Shown: piece by piece, positions 38,472 to 51,257 of the stretch
Position numbering within the stretch: the stretch's first letter is position 1
Layout: every line of letters starts with the position of its first letter
Assembly: GCF_902713615.1 (NCBI RefSeq)
Contig: NC_052155.1
Span: 46,069,404-46,133,403, forward strand
Length of the DNA stretch: 64,000 nucleotides
Direction of reading: 5' to 3'
Source: Scyliorhinus canicula
Taxonomy: Eukaryota
Notes under the pieces: generated by a model
Seen by the model: the letters and a program-made list of their open reading frames with translations, nothing else
Database searches by the model: none
Told to the model about the DNA's origin: nothing
Position numbers and translations under genes: made by a program

Positions 38472-41400
38472 AAAAGGTTGTGGTCCCAGGACAGACCCCT
38501 GAGGCACACCACTAGTCATCGGCTGCCATCCTGAAAAAAAGCCCTTTATCCCCACTGTCTGCCTTCTGCCAGTCAGCCAACCCTCTATCCATGCCAGGAT
38601 CTTACCCTGAACACCATGGGCTTTTAACTTATTTAACAGTCTCGTATGCGGCACCTCATCAAAGGCCTTCTGGAAATGTAAATACATCACGTCCACTGGT
38701 TTTTCTTTGTCTAACTTCCGTGTTACCTCCTCAAAGAACTGTAATAGATTTGACAGACACAACCTCCCTTTGACAAAGCCGTGCTGACTCAGTCCTATTT
38801 TACCATGCACTTCCAAGTACCTCGCGATCTCATTTTTAATAACAGACTCTATCTTTAATAACAGCCCCACTAGTGTGGTCCAGGCATGGAAGGACATCTT
38901 GAGCATGCTGATGCACGGCTCGATTGTGCTCCTGGCTGCAGTGTGAGGGTTTTTATAACGGTTCTCCACTTTGGTCTGGGGCCTCCTCTTAGGCGTCATC
39001 AGCCATGACCTCAGTGGGTAATCCTTGTTATCCACTAGCCAACCCCTCACCCAAGGGAGCGGCTCAAAGGTGCTGGGAATTGGTGAGTGTGTCAGGATGT
39101 ATGCGTCGTGCACACTGCCTGGATATCAGGCGCAGATGTGCAGCTGCTGGTCGGACACCAACTGCACAATCATGGAGTGGAAGCCCTTCCTGTAGAGGAA
39201 GGACACCACATGTTGAACCGGTGGTCGAACGGCAGCATGCATGCTATCGATTACCCCCTGGATCTGGGGCATGTAGTGGTGGTGGAAAATCCTGCTAGCT
39301 GGGCATCTGGTTGGGTCTTGTCCAGGTTGAAGATGATGCAGTCCATTGCCCAGGTGCATAGGGCATCCATGACAGGGCAGATTCACCATGCGCAGATGTT
39401 TGCGAGATCCCACTATGACGAATGGAGGATTTTAGGAATAGTGGGTTCTAACTGTTGGGCAATTAAAGGATTAATAGCCTGCGGATAGAGTGTGTTTGAC
39501 TGCAGTGGTCATGTTTTTTAAAATGATTTTGTTTTGCAGGGCCTGGGACTTTTAGGAGCCAGAAGGTGAAATTGTCCGGAAGAATATGTTTTCATCCTGG
39601 GCTAATGCACAGTGGGTCGACTGGGGAATTCCCTGGAGAGTTATTTTCTTTTTCAGCTTGGGAAGATGATATCATTGCTGGGTGGAGCTAAAAGATTGAG
39701 GGACATTTTGAGAAAGCTTTGGAGAAGAGTTGAAGTCTGATCTGGCAGCCCTTATTTTGACCACAAGTAAATGCAGTCTCTCCCAGTAGAATAGATAAAA
39801 AAAATAGTAGTAATAGTTAAAGCAGAGCAGTCTTGTCTGATGACAAGGAAGAGGCTGAAACAACCCCATATATAACAGCTATTGGAAGATATTCAGCCAG
39901 AATCTGAAGGGGTTCTAACAAAAGCCAGAATCTTTACTGTAAAGCAAGTGTCACTCTATGCTATACTGGTTTTAAACTGGATTGAGAGCTGTATGTTTCT
40001 TTTCTGGTTGTATAATGGGCAAGTGAGTAGGATTGTTTCAGGGATAATTGTAAGCTAATCTTTCCAGTTGTGAAGTTTAAGAGTTTAATATCGTGTTCAC
40101 AATAAAGTTTTATTTTAAAAATACCAAATCCCTGGGTGGGATTCTCTGATAATGCGGCAGAGTGCCCGCGCCATCGAAAACAGCTGCGGGCAAGAGCGAT
40201 TCAGGGGCCAAAAAGAGGCCAGCAGTAGCGCCGCGAGGAACTCGATGGGCGTGGCGCAAGAGCAGCATCGTCATTGCGCGACGGCCGACTGACGCCGCGC
40301 ACCGTCATTTAAAGTGTGCGATCTGCGCACAAGACCCAAGACAACGCGATGGCTGAGCCCTGACGTGCCGCTCACAGGTTCCGCGACATAGACTTGGACA
40401 CCCTGCTGGATGAGGTTGAAGATCGCAGGGCCATTCTCTGCCCAAGACATGGGCATCGCCAACCTTCAAGCAGTGCGAGGGGCGGCTGGCGTGAGGTTGG
40501 CACCGCGGTCAATGCTGTGGGGCACAGACCCCGCTCTGGCGACTAGCGTAGGAAGAAGCTCCACGACCTTACGAGGGCTGCCAGGGTAAGTACCCCGAGA
40601 GTGCCCCAGGTCACACCCCAGCCCTCCCCCCACCCCAACCACGTCTTGCAACAACCCTCCCCCCCCCCCCCAACCGGCCACGCGGGGGGGAGGGGGGGGG
40701 GGTTTGGGGGCACAGCATTGTACCCAACCCACATGAGCAACACACCCCCCCTTAAGAGATGCCATGGCGTGGCTCCAACCATCCCCCCACCCAGCAATAA
40801 TGTAGCCTATATCTGGACGTCTTGATGATTACCGCCTAACTGTGATGCTTTATCCAACCCCCACACGCCCCCGCAGGATAAGACTACTCACAACCACCGT
40901 GAGCGTACAAGAACTGGAGGGGGAATCACCTGTGCTGCACCCCCTAACCAGACATGAGCAGAGGGCCCTGAACCTCGATGGGGGAGCCACCACCCGGGAG
41001 GTAGCGCCATGCCAGGTCGGAGGCGAAGTAGCAAGTGAGACACCCCTGCATGGCTACCCCCCCCCCCCCCCCCGCCCCTCAGCCCGTCATCTCTCTCTCA
41101 TACTCCACCCTCACACTGCTTCCCTCACACTGCCCCCTCAATCCCCTAACCCCACCCCACACTCTGACCCCTCACCCCCGCACTGCCCCCTCCACCCCCT
41201 AACCCGTCCTCCCTCACACTGCTCCCTCCACCACCTTACACCCGACTCCACGTATCTAACGAACCATGCATCATTGTGTTCCCCAGGGCCAGGGGCCGAT
41301 CGTCCAGGGACGTCTCGGACAACACCCCGCCGTCCAGCCGCAAGCTCATCCACACCCAGGGTTGCACGGCGGAGGGTGGAACGACGGACAGGAGGGCCAT

Positions 41401-41773
41401 CCTCTCAGTCTGGGACACTGGAGGGGACGCACAGAGGACGGAGAAAGACAACACCGAGGGACACAGGATGGACAGTCAGGACACTGATGGTCGTGAGTCG
41501 CACAAAGAGAGGGCCTTGAGCCAGGACAGTGATGGAGAGAGGACGGGGACTGTGGACAGTGATGCACAGAGGACGGCCAGAGAGTCAACGGATACACCAA
41601 GCACGGAACATGACATGGACCGCGGACGCCTTGCTTCGGTCCAAGAGTCGACCCAAGACACAACAGGCCTCTGGACAGATGAGGACCTCGAGTTTGCGGC
41701 ACTGCTGTCACCCACAACATCCACCATCCCAGATACACTCACCTCGGTTGGGCACATAAGTGATGAGGCTCTA

Positions 41774-41960
41774 GGGACTGGTTTGGACAGGGCTAAATCG
41801 TTGGCTTTGAAAGCAGACCAAGGCAGGCCACAGCATGGTTCAATTCCCGTACTAGCCTCCCCGAACAGGCACCGGAATGTGGTGGCTAGGGGCTTTTCAC
41901 AGTAACTTCATTTGAAGCCTACTTGTGACAATAAGCGATTTTCATTTTCATTTCATTTCA
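41774..41960 (+). mobile_element. SINE family 2 inserted in the Harbinger B Myb gene
   Basis: GGTTCAATTCCC B box, shared body, TTTCA tail. Confidence 0.9.
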
Positions 41961-43522
41961 GGCTCCCGGGTCACGGACTCGTGTGCACCACACAGCTGAG
42001 CCGGTACAGCAGGTGGAGGTAGGAGCAGCCGAGGGGCTGGACGGTTGGAGGGCAGCCCAGGCCCAGCACCCAGCTGCTGCCCAGACGGTTCCCAGGCTCC
42101 TGGAATTACTGGACCCACCCAGAGACCCAATGCATTTGGAAATCCAGGGAGTGAATAACGGGATGACGGCCGTCCAGGAGCAGGGATTGGTGCCGCTCAT
42201 CGCAGCCACCCAGGCTGACACCGCATGGGTGGCGTCTGCGGTGGAGGCAATGGGGGAAACGGTTTCGGCCATTGATCAGGTTCTGCAAGGCGTTAGGCTT
42301 CATCTGCACGTGTCATCCGTGGCCAAGGAGAGGGCTGCCCTCTCACAGGCAGCCATCTCCCAGAGCCAACAGGACATTGCCGCCGCGCTCCGGGGTCTGG
42401 TCCAGTCTCAGCAGGCCACTTCCCAGTCCCAGCAGGCCATCGCTGAGAGCATCGGCTGCTTGGCGCACGTGCTGGATGGCGTCGCGCACTCACAGGTAGA
42501 GGTTACACAGTCCGACAGGGATGTCGCACTCCCTGGACTCCATCGCTGCGAACGCTCGGACGCTGGTCGATACCGCAGCAGGCCTCCAGGACTGGCAGTG
42601 CCAGGTGTCGGTGGTGTGATGGCGCATGTCTCCGATCGCACCTCCATCCCACAGTGAGGTCCGGAGGCCACCGGGCTCCCCGAGAGAGGAGGTGGTTCTG
42701 GGGCCCGTCCCGGTTACTCCATCAAGGGAGGTCCCTGAACACTCGGCCTCCCCCCGTACCGTCCCTGGGGCATCTAGTGGGCAGCGGGCAGGACTGGGTG
42801 GCCCCACGCCATCCAGCACGCCCGCCGAGCAGCCTGGCCCATCGAAGCTGGGCCGCCCCAGGAAACGCGTGCCGACGGGGAGTCACGTCGCAGGGCGGAA
42901 TTCTCATCAGTCCGCCTCCACTCCTGCTGTACCATATGGGGATGCACCAAGGCGTAGTGATAGGGCCCGTAATGCAAAGAAGTTAGACACTCAGTAAGTT
43001 GCCATGGGTGCAGGGCACAGCTTAGTTGTAGGGGCTAGGGCATCTGTCTGTGAATGTAACGATCAAAGTCACTGTTACACTGAATTTTGAAGACTCTGTG
43101 CTATGTCTGGTGCCAGAGGGCTCGTGAGGGTGACCGAGTGGCGCTGGGGTTTACGTTCGGTGCAACTGTGATGCCGGGTGTGTGTTTCCCCCCCCCCCCC
43201 CCCCCAACCAAACCCCCTCATCCTCGGCACACTGACACCAGCATGTGATGGAGTGTCCGTGACGCATACAGTGACCACCGAGGTGGAGGGTTCAGCTATT
43301 GCCATGAGTCAGACATTGTCTAACGATTCTGAGCTCACAGCTCATCGCAGAGCGGGCTGTCATCATTCAACATGGCACTGATCACACCCGCGTACACAAT
43401 CGTCAATGTAATGCAATCCCGTAGTGCCGCAGTCGCAAGGTGATGTGAAAGTGGTGGGGTGTGCGTGGTGCAGAAGTGCAGTGGGTGCTGGGTGGTGCCC
43501 GTGTGCTTGAGTGACGGTGCAA

Positions 43523-43720
43523 GGGGCTGGTTTAGCACACTGGGCTAAATCGCTGACTTTTAAAGCAGACCAAGGCAGGCCAGCAGCACGGTTCAATTCC
43601 CGTACCAGCCTCCCTGAACAAGCGCCAGAATGTGGCGACTAGGGGCTTTTCACAGTAACTTCATTTGAAGCCGACTTGTGACTATAAGCGATTTTCATTT
43701 CATTTTTCATTTCATTTCAT
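43523..43720 (+). mobile_element. SINE family 2 between the two Harbinger B genes
   Basis: GGGGCTGGTTTAGCACACTGG A box, GGTTCAATTCC B box, TTTCA tail. Confidence 0.9.
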
Positions 43721-45422
43721 ATTCAAGTGCCAGTGTTCAGCGAATCCCTCCCCCGCAGTTTGTGAACCGTGCGGCGACCAACGCCCCTCGTGCCCGCCGT
43801 CCTCGACAGAGCCGTCGTGCAGCCTCCCGGCCATATCCAGCACCCGGGTCGTGTCTGTGCCCGGCTCCCCCCGCCACCCTGATGCTCGTCATCCTCCTCC
43901 TCCTCCCCGTTGCGGAATCTCCGCTGCCACCGGGTTCTCCCTGTGTCTCCTCCACCGGGACATCACCCCTCTGCATGGCTATGTTGTGCAGCACACAGCA
44001 GACCACAACTATGCGACCGACCCTGCCAGGGTGGTACTGCAGGGTCCCTCCGGAGCGGTCCAGGCACCTGAATCGCATCTTCAGCAAGCCGAAGCACCAT
44101 CCACCACACTGCTGGTTGCTGCGTGGGCCTCGTTGTATAGGGTTTCCGCGTTGGTCTGTAGCCTCCGTATTGGCGTCATCAGCCACGACCTCAACGGGTA
44201 ACCCCTGACGCCCAGCAACCAGTCCCTCAGCCGGGGGGGGGGGGGGGGGGGGGGGCTCGTAACATCGCTGGGATGAACAACTGTGCCAGAATGTAGGCGT
44301 CATGCACACTGCCAGGGTACTGTGTGCACTCGTGCATGATCCTCATGTGAGGGTCACAGACTACTGAATGTTCATCGAGTATGTGCCCTTCCTGTTCAAG
44401 AACACTTCCCTGTTATCTGGAGTTGGGCGCATGGTGACGTGCACACCATCGATGACACCCTGGACCATCGGTATCCCGGCCATGTTAGCGAATTCACATG
44501 TCCGTGCTTCCTGCTGTGCGCAGTCCTCTGGAAATTGAATGTACCTGTCAGCATGGCATACAGGGCGTCGGTCACGGTCCGGACGCTCCTGTGAAACGAT
44601 GCCTGTGAGATCCCGGATAGGTCCCCGCTCGGCACCTGGAAAGAACCGGTCGTATAAAAGTTTAGGGTCACCATCACCTTGACGGTCACCGGGATAGTAT
44701 GTCCTCCTCCCGTTTCACGTGGTGCGAGGTGCGCCATGAGATGGCATATATGTGCGACTTTCCCACTGCTGAACCGTAGTCTCCTCCTGCATGCCCTGTC
44801 CGGTAGGTCCTCGAAGGACATGCGGTTACGGTAAACCCTAGGCCTCCCTGGGCGCCTGTGGCGCCCTGGCACCACCAGCACCTGCTCCTCCTCCCCCTGC
44901 GCCCCATCGAGATCAGTGCCCGCATCCTGTGCATCCCCGACCAGCTAGTGGTGAGTGGTGATTGTTCCCCTCAGCATCCTCCTGCATATTCCGGCCACAC
45001 TGAGCTGTCTCAGTCTATGCTGTCGGATGGCCACCTGCAGTGCAGCGGCTCCAACCACTGCGGTGAACATCGCTGTCTGGTTAGCATACATGGTAATCTG
45101 CAAGAAGCGGAGGATGGGGGGGGGGGGGAGTGAAAAAGAGAAACGACATGTTACACAGAGGTGCTTCGACACCTTGACAGCCAGGTGGCATGGGATACTT
45201 GTGTGCCCTGGTGGCCTGGTCTCGCTGCAGACATGCAGCCAGCCTAACACCTGGCCACTGTCTCTGGCCAGTTCACAACCGTCCCTCCTTACTGGTGCGC
45301 CAGTGGCCTCTGTCCATCAGCGAGACTTCAACTTGCAAGCGTGTGCTGATCACCGTCCTGCCATGGCAGAACGACTGACATGTGGCACCCACGGTTAGGC
45401 CACCTCCTCCTCTCTCTTCACA

Positions 45423-45717
45423 CCCCCCCTCCTCCGGGCATGTCTGCAGCCTTCCACGCAGACATCCCCCTCATCTCCCCCCCCCCCCCCCCCCTCCTCC
45501 GGGCATGTCTGCAGCCTTCCACGCAGACATCCCCCTCATCCCCCCCCCCTCCTCCGGGCATGTCTGCAGCCTTCCACGCAGACATCCCCCTCATCCCCCC
45601 CCCCCCCCCCCCCCCCTCCTCCGGGCATGTCTGCAGCCTTCCACGCAGACATCCCCCTCATCCCCCCCCCCCCCCCCCCCCCCCCCCTCTCTCCCCGGGC
45701 ATGTCTGCAGCCTTCCC
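45423..45717. repeat. Minisatellite, about 4.5 copies of CTCCTCCGGGCATGTCTGCAGCCTTCCACGCAGACATCCCCCTCAT plus variable poly-C
   Basis: Direct tandem copies visible; only the C-run length differs between copies. Confidence 0.92.
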
Positions 45718-46709
45718 CAGTTCTCGGAGTTCTCGGAGAAGCCTCCCCCACCCCCAGCACCGGCCGTGTCCGCAAAAACTCCGGGACAAGGACCGCTCAC
45801 CTCCTCGCTCCTCATAGTCAGTCAGCATGACTGGCTGACGAATTTATTTACCAGGTGTGAACAGCGTGACGTCGGGACTTTGGCCCATCCGGGCCGCTAA
45901 ATAACGGGGGGAACCGGAGAATCCCCGTTCTGATTGTCTTGGGCGATTCTCCGGCAGGCGTGGCGCCGACCTCGATGGAGCCGTTCTCGCCAGTTGGGAG
46001 TATGGCGGGATGGCGTCGCGCGATATAATGGCGCAAACGCCGATTCTCCCAACCGGCACGGCTTCGGAGAATCCCACCCCCTATTTCTTGACGCAATCAC
46101 TCCAGGAGCAAATCATTCTTTCTACACTCTTACAAAATATACTAAAATATTGGGGTTTTGGTTCAGTAACCTAGCCACTGTTGGTTTCTGGTCTGAAACT
46201 GAAATACCACACAGGTCTTGGCTTGAGCCCGGGAAAGATCCAGAGGCAAAGAGGTTCAGGGTGACCGTCACTTTGACAGCCACCGGGAACGGATGTTCTC
46301 CTCCATACCCCATGGCACCAGGTGTGCCACCATCTGACACATGTGAGTCATGGTGAGTCAGACTTGATGGCAGCACACAGTATCTAGCAGCTCCTCAAAA
46401 GACATCCTGCGATGGTATACATATGGCCTGATGTGCCGCCTCCTTCGCACTGCTTCCTTGGCTTGTTGGATGTCCAGTACTTGAGCCTCACCTGGTGGCC
46501 TTACACCTCTGGGGCAGGTTCCTTTTGTGCACAGTCCTCCCTGGGCTGACCCTGGCACTCTCACCATCGTGCATTCGCAACAGCGGCAGCGGCCAGGTAG
46601 ATAGTGAGCAGAGCTGGTTGTAGTCCGAAATCCATCTCTCTGCAGGGGGAGGGGAAGGTAAAATGTCAGCAAGGTGACGATTCCCTTGACCATCCAAAGC
46701 CACTAGGTT

Positions 46710-47056
46710 ATCATAAAATTTACAGTGCAGGAGGCCATTCGGCCCATCGAGTCTGCACCGGCTCCTGGGAAGAGCACACTACCCAAGGTCAACACCTCCA
46801 CCCTATCCCCATAACCCATTAACCCCACCCAACACTAAGGGCAAATTTGGACACTAAGGGCAATTTATCATGGCCAATCCACCTAACCTGCACATCTTTG
46901 GACTGTGGGAGGAAACCGGAGCACCCGGAGGAAACCCGCGCACAGACGGAGAGGATGTGCAGACTCCGCACAGACAGTGACCCAAGCCGGAATCGAACCT
47001 GGGACTCTGGAGCTGTGAAGCAATTGTGCTATCCACAATGCTCCCGTACTGCCCCT
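46710..47056 (-). mobile_element. V-SINE with CR1-type tail
   Basis: Reverse complement of the tRNA head, V-domain and CTGCACTGTAAATTTTATGA tail. Confidence 0.9.
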
Positions 47057-47572
47057 GGTCACCCTGTGTTGTATTGTTGTGATGGCCTCTGTGGCCCCTG
47101 TCCTGTTTCTCGCAGTGTCGTCTACTGTGGGTCTCCTCACTGAGTGAGCCTTCTGCTATCCAACCAGGATGGTGGCAACTGGTTGTGTGGTGGAAACGTT
47201 CATACTGCTCAGCCATGCAATCACTCCTGGAGCGAATCATTATTTTTGCAGTCTTTCAAATAAACTAAAATATTGCTGTTTCAGTCTTGTATCTTAGCCA
47301 CTGTTGGGATGTGGTCTGGGATCATAACACTTTTCACTTTCTCAGTTCAGTCCCAAATGAGTTCACAGAACAAATTGAAAACTTAAAGCTTAACCTTGTC
47401 ATGTGACTTCCTTTCTGGTTAAAAGTCTTGCGCTCTCTTTACCCGTATCCCGCACCCACTCAAATAATTGAATTGTAAACAAGCACATAGCTCTTCCCCT
47501 CTCAAGGACAATGCTGGTCAGGTGATTTCTTGGAAAAGGCATTCTTGCTCCCACACCAAAGGTGAACTTATG

Positions 47573-48249
47573 GGGCGGAATTCTCCGCTCCCGGGAAAAT
47601 CGGGAGGGCCGTCGTGAACTCGGCCGAGTTTCACGACGGCCTCGGAGGCCGCTCCTGGCCCCCTATTCTCCCCAGAGAGATGCTCGGCCACCAAGCGGCG
47701 CGCCGAGAGTGACGCGACGGCGGCGCCTATGTGACGTCAGCCGCGCATGCGCAGGTTGGCCGGCTCCAACCTGCACATGCGCGGCTGACATCACGACGGC
47801 TGACAGCTCGAACCCGCACATGCACGGTGGCCGTCTTTTCCCTCAGCCGCCCCGCAAGACGTGGCGGCTTGATCTTGCGGGGCGGCGGAGGGGAAATAGT
47901 GCGTCCGATTGAGATGCCGGCCCGACCGATCGCGGGCCTGTCCCCTCCCGAGCACAGTCGTGATGCTCATTCCCCACCAGGCCCCCTACAAGCCCCAAAA
48001 CGGGCATCTCACGGCGATCACATGACGGCAGCGACCAGGTGTGTTTGCCGCCGTCGTGAAACGGTTGCGAACGGCAGGCCGCTCGGCCCATCCGGGTCGG
48101 AGAATCGCCGGTCGCCATGAAAAACGGCGAGCAGCGATTCTTCCGAGCGGGGGTAGGAGAATTGCAGGGGGCGCCAGAGGGTCGTGAAATTAGTCGGGGG
48201 GCCCTCCCGCGGTTCTCCCACCCGGCGTGGGGAGCGGAGAATCGCGCCC
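47573..48249. mobile_element. PIF/Harbinger MITE (same family as 10018, opposite orientation)
   Basis: TIRs GGGCGGAATTCTCCGCTCCC / GGGAGCGGAGAATCGCGCCC; TSD ATG. Confidence 0.92.
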
Positions 48250-51200
48250 ATGATCTTTCTGTAAAAAAATAAATGCCCATCTGATACAACGTCTTTCCAA
48301 ATTTTACATGAGAAATAGTATGTAAATATATCAGTTTCCCAACACGATCCAGACTTTTTTTAATCCTAAAATTGTACCCTCAGTTTACTGACTGACCTAA
48401 GCATGAAAATGGCTTTTGTCAATTTGCCTTGTCAAAGCCTATCATAATTTTGCAGCAATATAAATTAAATGCAAGTTTTTTTTTTACTGCTTTAAATGAC
48501 AAATCTTCAATTAAAAGTATCTATGTTTGGTCAACGCTAGCTGCACTGGTGTAACAGATAGCCTAAGGCAAACTATATGGGGCTGTCTCTCAGCATAAAG
48601 ACAAATCTCTCATCCATCAGTCTCAATAAAGGAGTGTCTGTTAATTGATACGAGTGATAATTTACCACAGTGCTTTCCAGTTTGTGTGTCTAATCATTGT
48701 TTCAACTTGACTAGCATTAAGAGGGATTGGCTAAGATCAATTGTCAGATCAAGCCCAAGATGAGGTGCAATGCTTTTCTTGTCAGTTTGGAACTTGTGCA
48801 TCTCTTGTGGAGACCATGAATTGGATTCAACTTGAATTTTAATTGGTTTTGGAGAAAACAATGAGATGGATTAAGGGCTTGCCCTATCCACTCTGCGCAT
48901 TGGTTTTGTAATTTTGAGAACGGAGGAAATAAATTTTTTAAAGGAATAAAGAGAATCACAGTTGCCATCTGAATTGGAGCGCACTGAGGAGTTTGAAGCC
49001 CATCCAGCTTTCAATTAACAATTTAACGAAATCCCCTTTGTTCAAAGCAAGAGAGATGGGCTTTTGTCTTTTTCCCTCCACTCGTAGGGAAGTTAACTCT
49101 CAAATATATTCCTCAACCCTTAATGCTGATTTTCCTTTAATGTCTTCTTCTCCTTCACTCAATTGCATGTATATATATAGTTTACACAGAGGAATCAAAA
49201 TGTGTTCAAATACATTAACTATAATATCAGTAAATTAAAATTTTTGTTTATGCTGGTGGTGTTCTGCACACTACTGGAAACCACTGGCTGTGTCCTTTAA
49301 CTATTTCACAACTGAATCTATAACAGCTTTCGCCTTTTTCATTGTGTTCCAATGAAATTTTGAGCGTGTGGGTGTATCTATGTATGAGAATGTTATGGTT
49401 ATCAGGTTGAGGGTTATTAATGTGAAAGGAAACCTTGACTTTAGAATATCATCGAGCATCCTGCAAAAAGCAATTCCAGATCAATGAGTTAGATACAGAC
49501 TGAAGATCCCTCTATACTATCGCATGGACTGCTTGCAAGGGCGGTGCCCCTGTTGGATTTAGAACAAAACTACTTCAAATAAGTATCCATAGTCACATCA
49601 GGCACGGTACATGCTTAGATGGCTAGTTCATCCCACAGCATCTCATCAATACCAATTACAGAAACAACTGGATGCATAATGAAGCTCTTTCTTTGTGGCT
49701 GCCATAATGTACTTGAACTCAGTAAGTGGTTTGCCAAGAGATCATAAACTGTTTAAATCAAACCTTACCCTTTTGCTTAAAGTAGACTGTGCTGAACCAA
49801 AAGATGGCTGCTGCAGTTCACATGATTCACACGCTGGGTACAGTTTCTATAAATTTCCAACTGCAGTTACAGGACAAAAGTTCAATCCTCGTCCTTGTAG
49901 CATCTCACACGTCTCATTGTGGGAACACATTACAATCAGGGAGCAGCGGACAATCTATCTCCCCAGCCTGGTTCTATAACAATGGGAGAACCATTAAAAC
50001 TTATTATACTTGCAAGGTGCTAATTGCCACCATCTATTCCCTATGACAAATAATGAATTTTGACCAAAGTCATAGAAACAACTCATTAGCCTGCAACTGA
50101 CTCAGTAATGTGAAACATCACATGACCTAAAACATTTGGCATTTAGAAAATTTTAATATTACATTTCTAGACTCGCAACTCAGTCTGCCGTTTAACCTCA
50201 AGGCTGCAAACACTATAACAGGACTCCAGACTGACCAACAGCCGACATCATCGAAGCCTCCTGGAAACCTGTTTCGCTGGAAGATTCTTGTCATCTCCTG
50301 CTAACAGACCAAATCTATGTATATAACCTCATCTTGCTACATCATTTATTTTAAAGGAATTCCACAACTCATGCTTCAGTTAACTGAACCTGACTGAATT
50401 GTAACTCATCCATGAAGGAAGCCTTACTGGGCTTTGACTTTCTGGACTTTAGTTATCAGCTGCCTGAGCAATAGCAATAGTTTTCTCCTGCTTATCTCAT
50501 CAAAGCCCTTCAGAATTTCAAAGTCTGCTATGACATTTATTTTCTTCCGAGTAATGAAGTTTCTGTTTCTCCTCGTAAAAGCCTCTCATTCCTAGCTATC
50601 ATCTCAATCGTCCGTGCCCGCTTAATGGACTTCCTACAGCAGAGCACTTAAAACTGCATAAAATATTCAATATATAGGTCAAACAATGATCTATCAATGT
50701 CATTTGTAGTGAATACCCTTAATTATAAAAAACAAGAATCCCAAATACAATTTTAACAGCAATATCAATTTGTCCTTCCATTTTATGTAGGAACACCATA
50801 AGGTGAAAGGCTGATACCCACTCCTCATACCAGTCCACATTAAAGTTGTAATGTTTTGTATGTCAAAGCTCAGCATATTATGCTCTGCATGTGCTATGTC
50901 ATGTATGGCACTCTGTAGGTGCAGTTCCCATCGTGTGACTTGCAGATAAACTGAAAAAGGTTAAATGTTCTCCTAGGAACAGAAAGAGAGTTAATAAGGG
51001 TGAGTCATCCCAACTGCACAGGCATATTTTTTGGACACAGGATATGGAGTGATCTGTGCAGTATCAAACACTACACAGCAGCTGAAAGATGTACAATAAA
51101 CAAACTTCCAAACAAAAGAAAATTTCAAATAAAATACAAGTAACCTCATTTAGTGAACATGATAAAGTTCTAAAGTGTCATCTGGTGTATATTATGCAGT

Positions 51201-51257
51201 TGCCGCTCACCATCACCAAAATTCTGGTTTTGCCATTTTTGCTCATATCCCTCAAAG

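Larger units (their letters stand above)
35825..38860 (-). mobile_element. CR1 LINE 3' part inserted in the Harbinger A transposase
   Basis: QHGFVKGRLCLSNL, FQKAFDEVPH, SGVPQGSVLGPQ, KFADDTK, LVRPHLEYC, RRMRGDLIETY; tail CTCCTATGTCTTAT. Confidence 0.92.
40134..46079. mobile_element. Harbinger element B: complete ends, convergent Myb/SANT (+) and transposase (minus) genes, decayed
   Basis: TIRs GGGTGGGATTCTC / GAGAATCCCACCC; TSD CCT. Myb gene ATG 40349 with GT-AG introns (about 40586-40877 and 41034-41287), stop 42997. Transposase about 45091 to 43737 (RRRLRFS, VKVMVTLNFYTTGSFQ, DLSGISQ, FGLLKMRFRCLDRSGGTLQYHP, CCVLHN). Confidence 0.93.
39414..46206 (+). mobile_element. Gypsy-type solo LTR (about 850 bp net) split by Harbinger B
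   Basis: 4-bp TSD CCAC (39410-39413, 46207-46210); homologous to 57207-58270 and 47213-47329; AATAAA at 40101. Confidence 0.8.
31990..47180. mobile_element. Harbinger element A (older, heavily interrupted): Myb/SANT gene (+) and transposase (minus)
   Basis: Myb gene from 32103 (MAAKRPATKFLESEINRMRDTVERRDTLF...AWGEVVEAV...CLKKMN) to stop at 34050. Transposase pieces at 46210-46700 (VAVKVTVTLNLFASGSF), 38860-39413 (QGVIDSMH, YRKGFHSMIVQLVSD, DNKDYPLRSWLMTP) and 35640-35824 (QYSPQRVSSIMVACCVLLN). TIRs not found. Confidence 0.85.

Noticed and set aside
43523-43615. tRNA genes at SINE heads
   Set aside because: A/B boxes are present but each head continues into a SINE body and tail; these are tRNA-derived SINEs.
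43737-45130. Domesticated HARBI1 or MSANTD/NAIF1 host genes
   Set aside because: The sequences are frameshifted, interrupted by SINEs and bounded by TIRs and a TSD, so they are transposon copies.
45423-45717. CRISPR-like repeat-spacer array
   Set aside because: The spacers are only poly-C, the context is eukaryotic and there are no cas genes.
48700-49170. Long near-open minus-strand frames as a coding exon
   Set aside because: Internal stops, no recognisable homology and no clear splice pair.
50896-50971. Resemblance of the frame RTFNLFQFICKSHDGNCTYRVPYMT* to the IDUA C-terminal region
   Set aside because: Only a few residues match and no other IDUA exons are present; likely chance.
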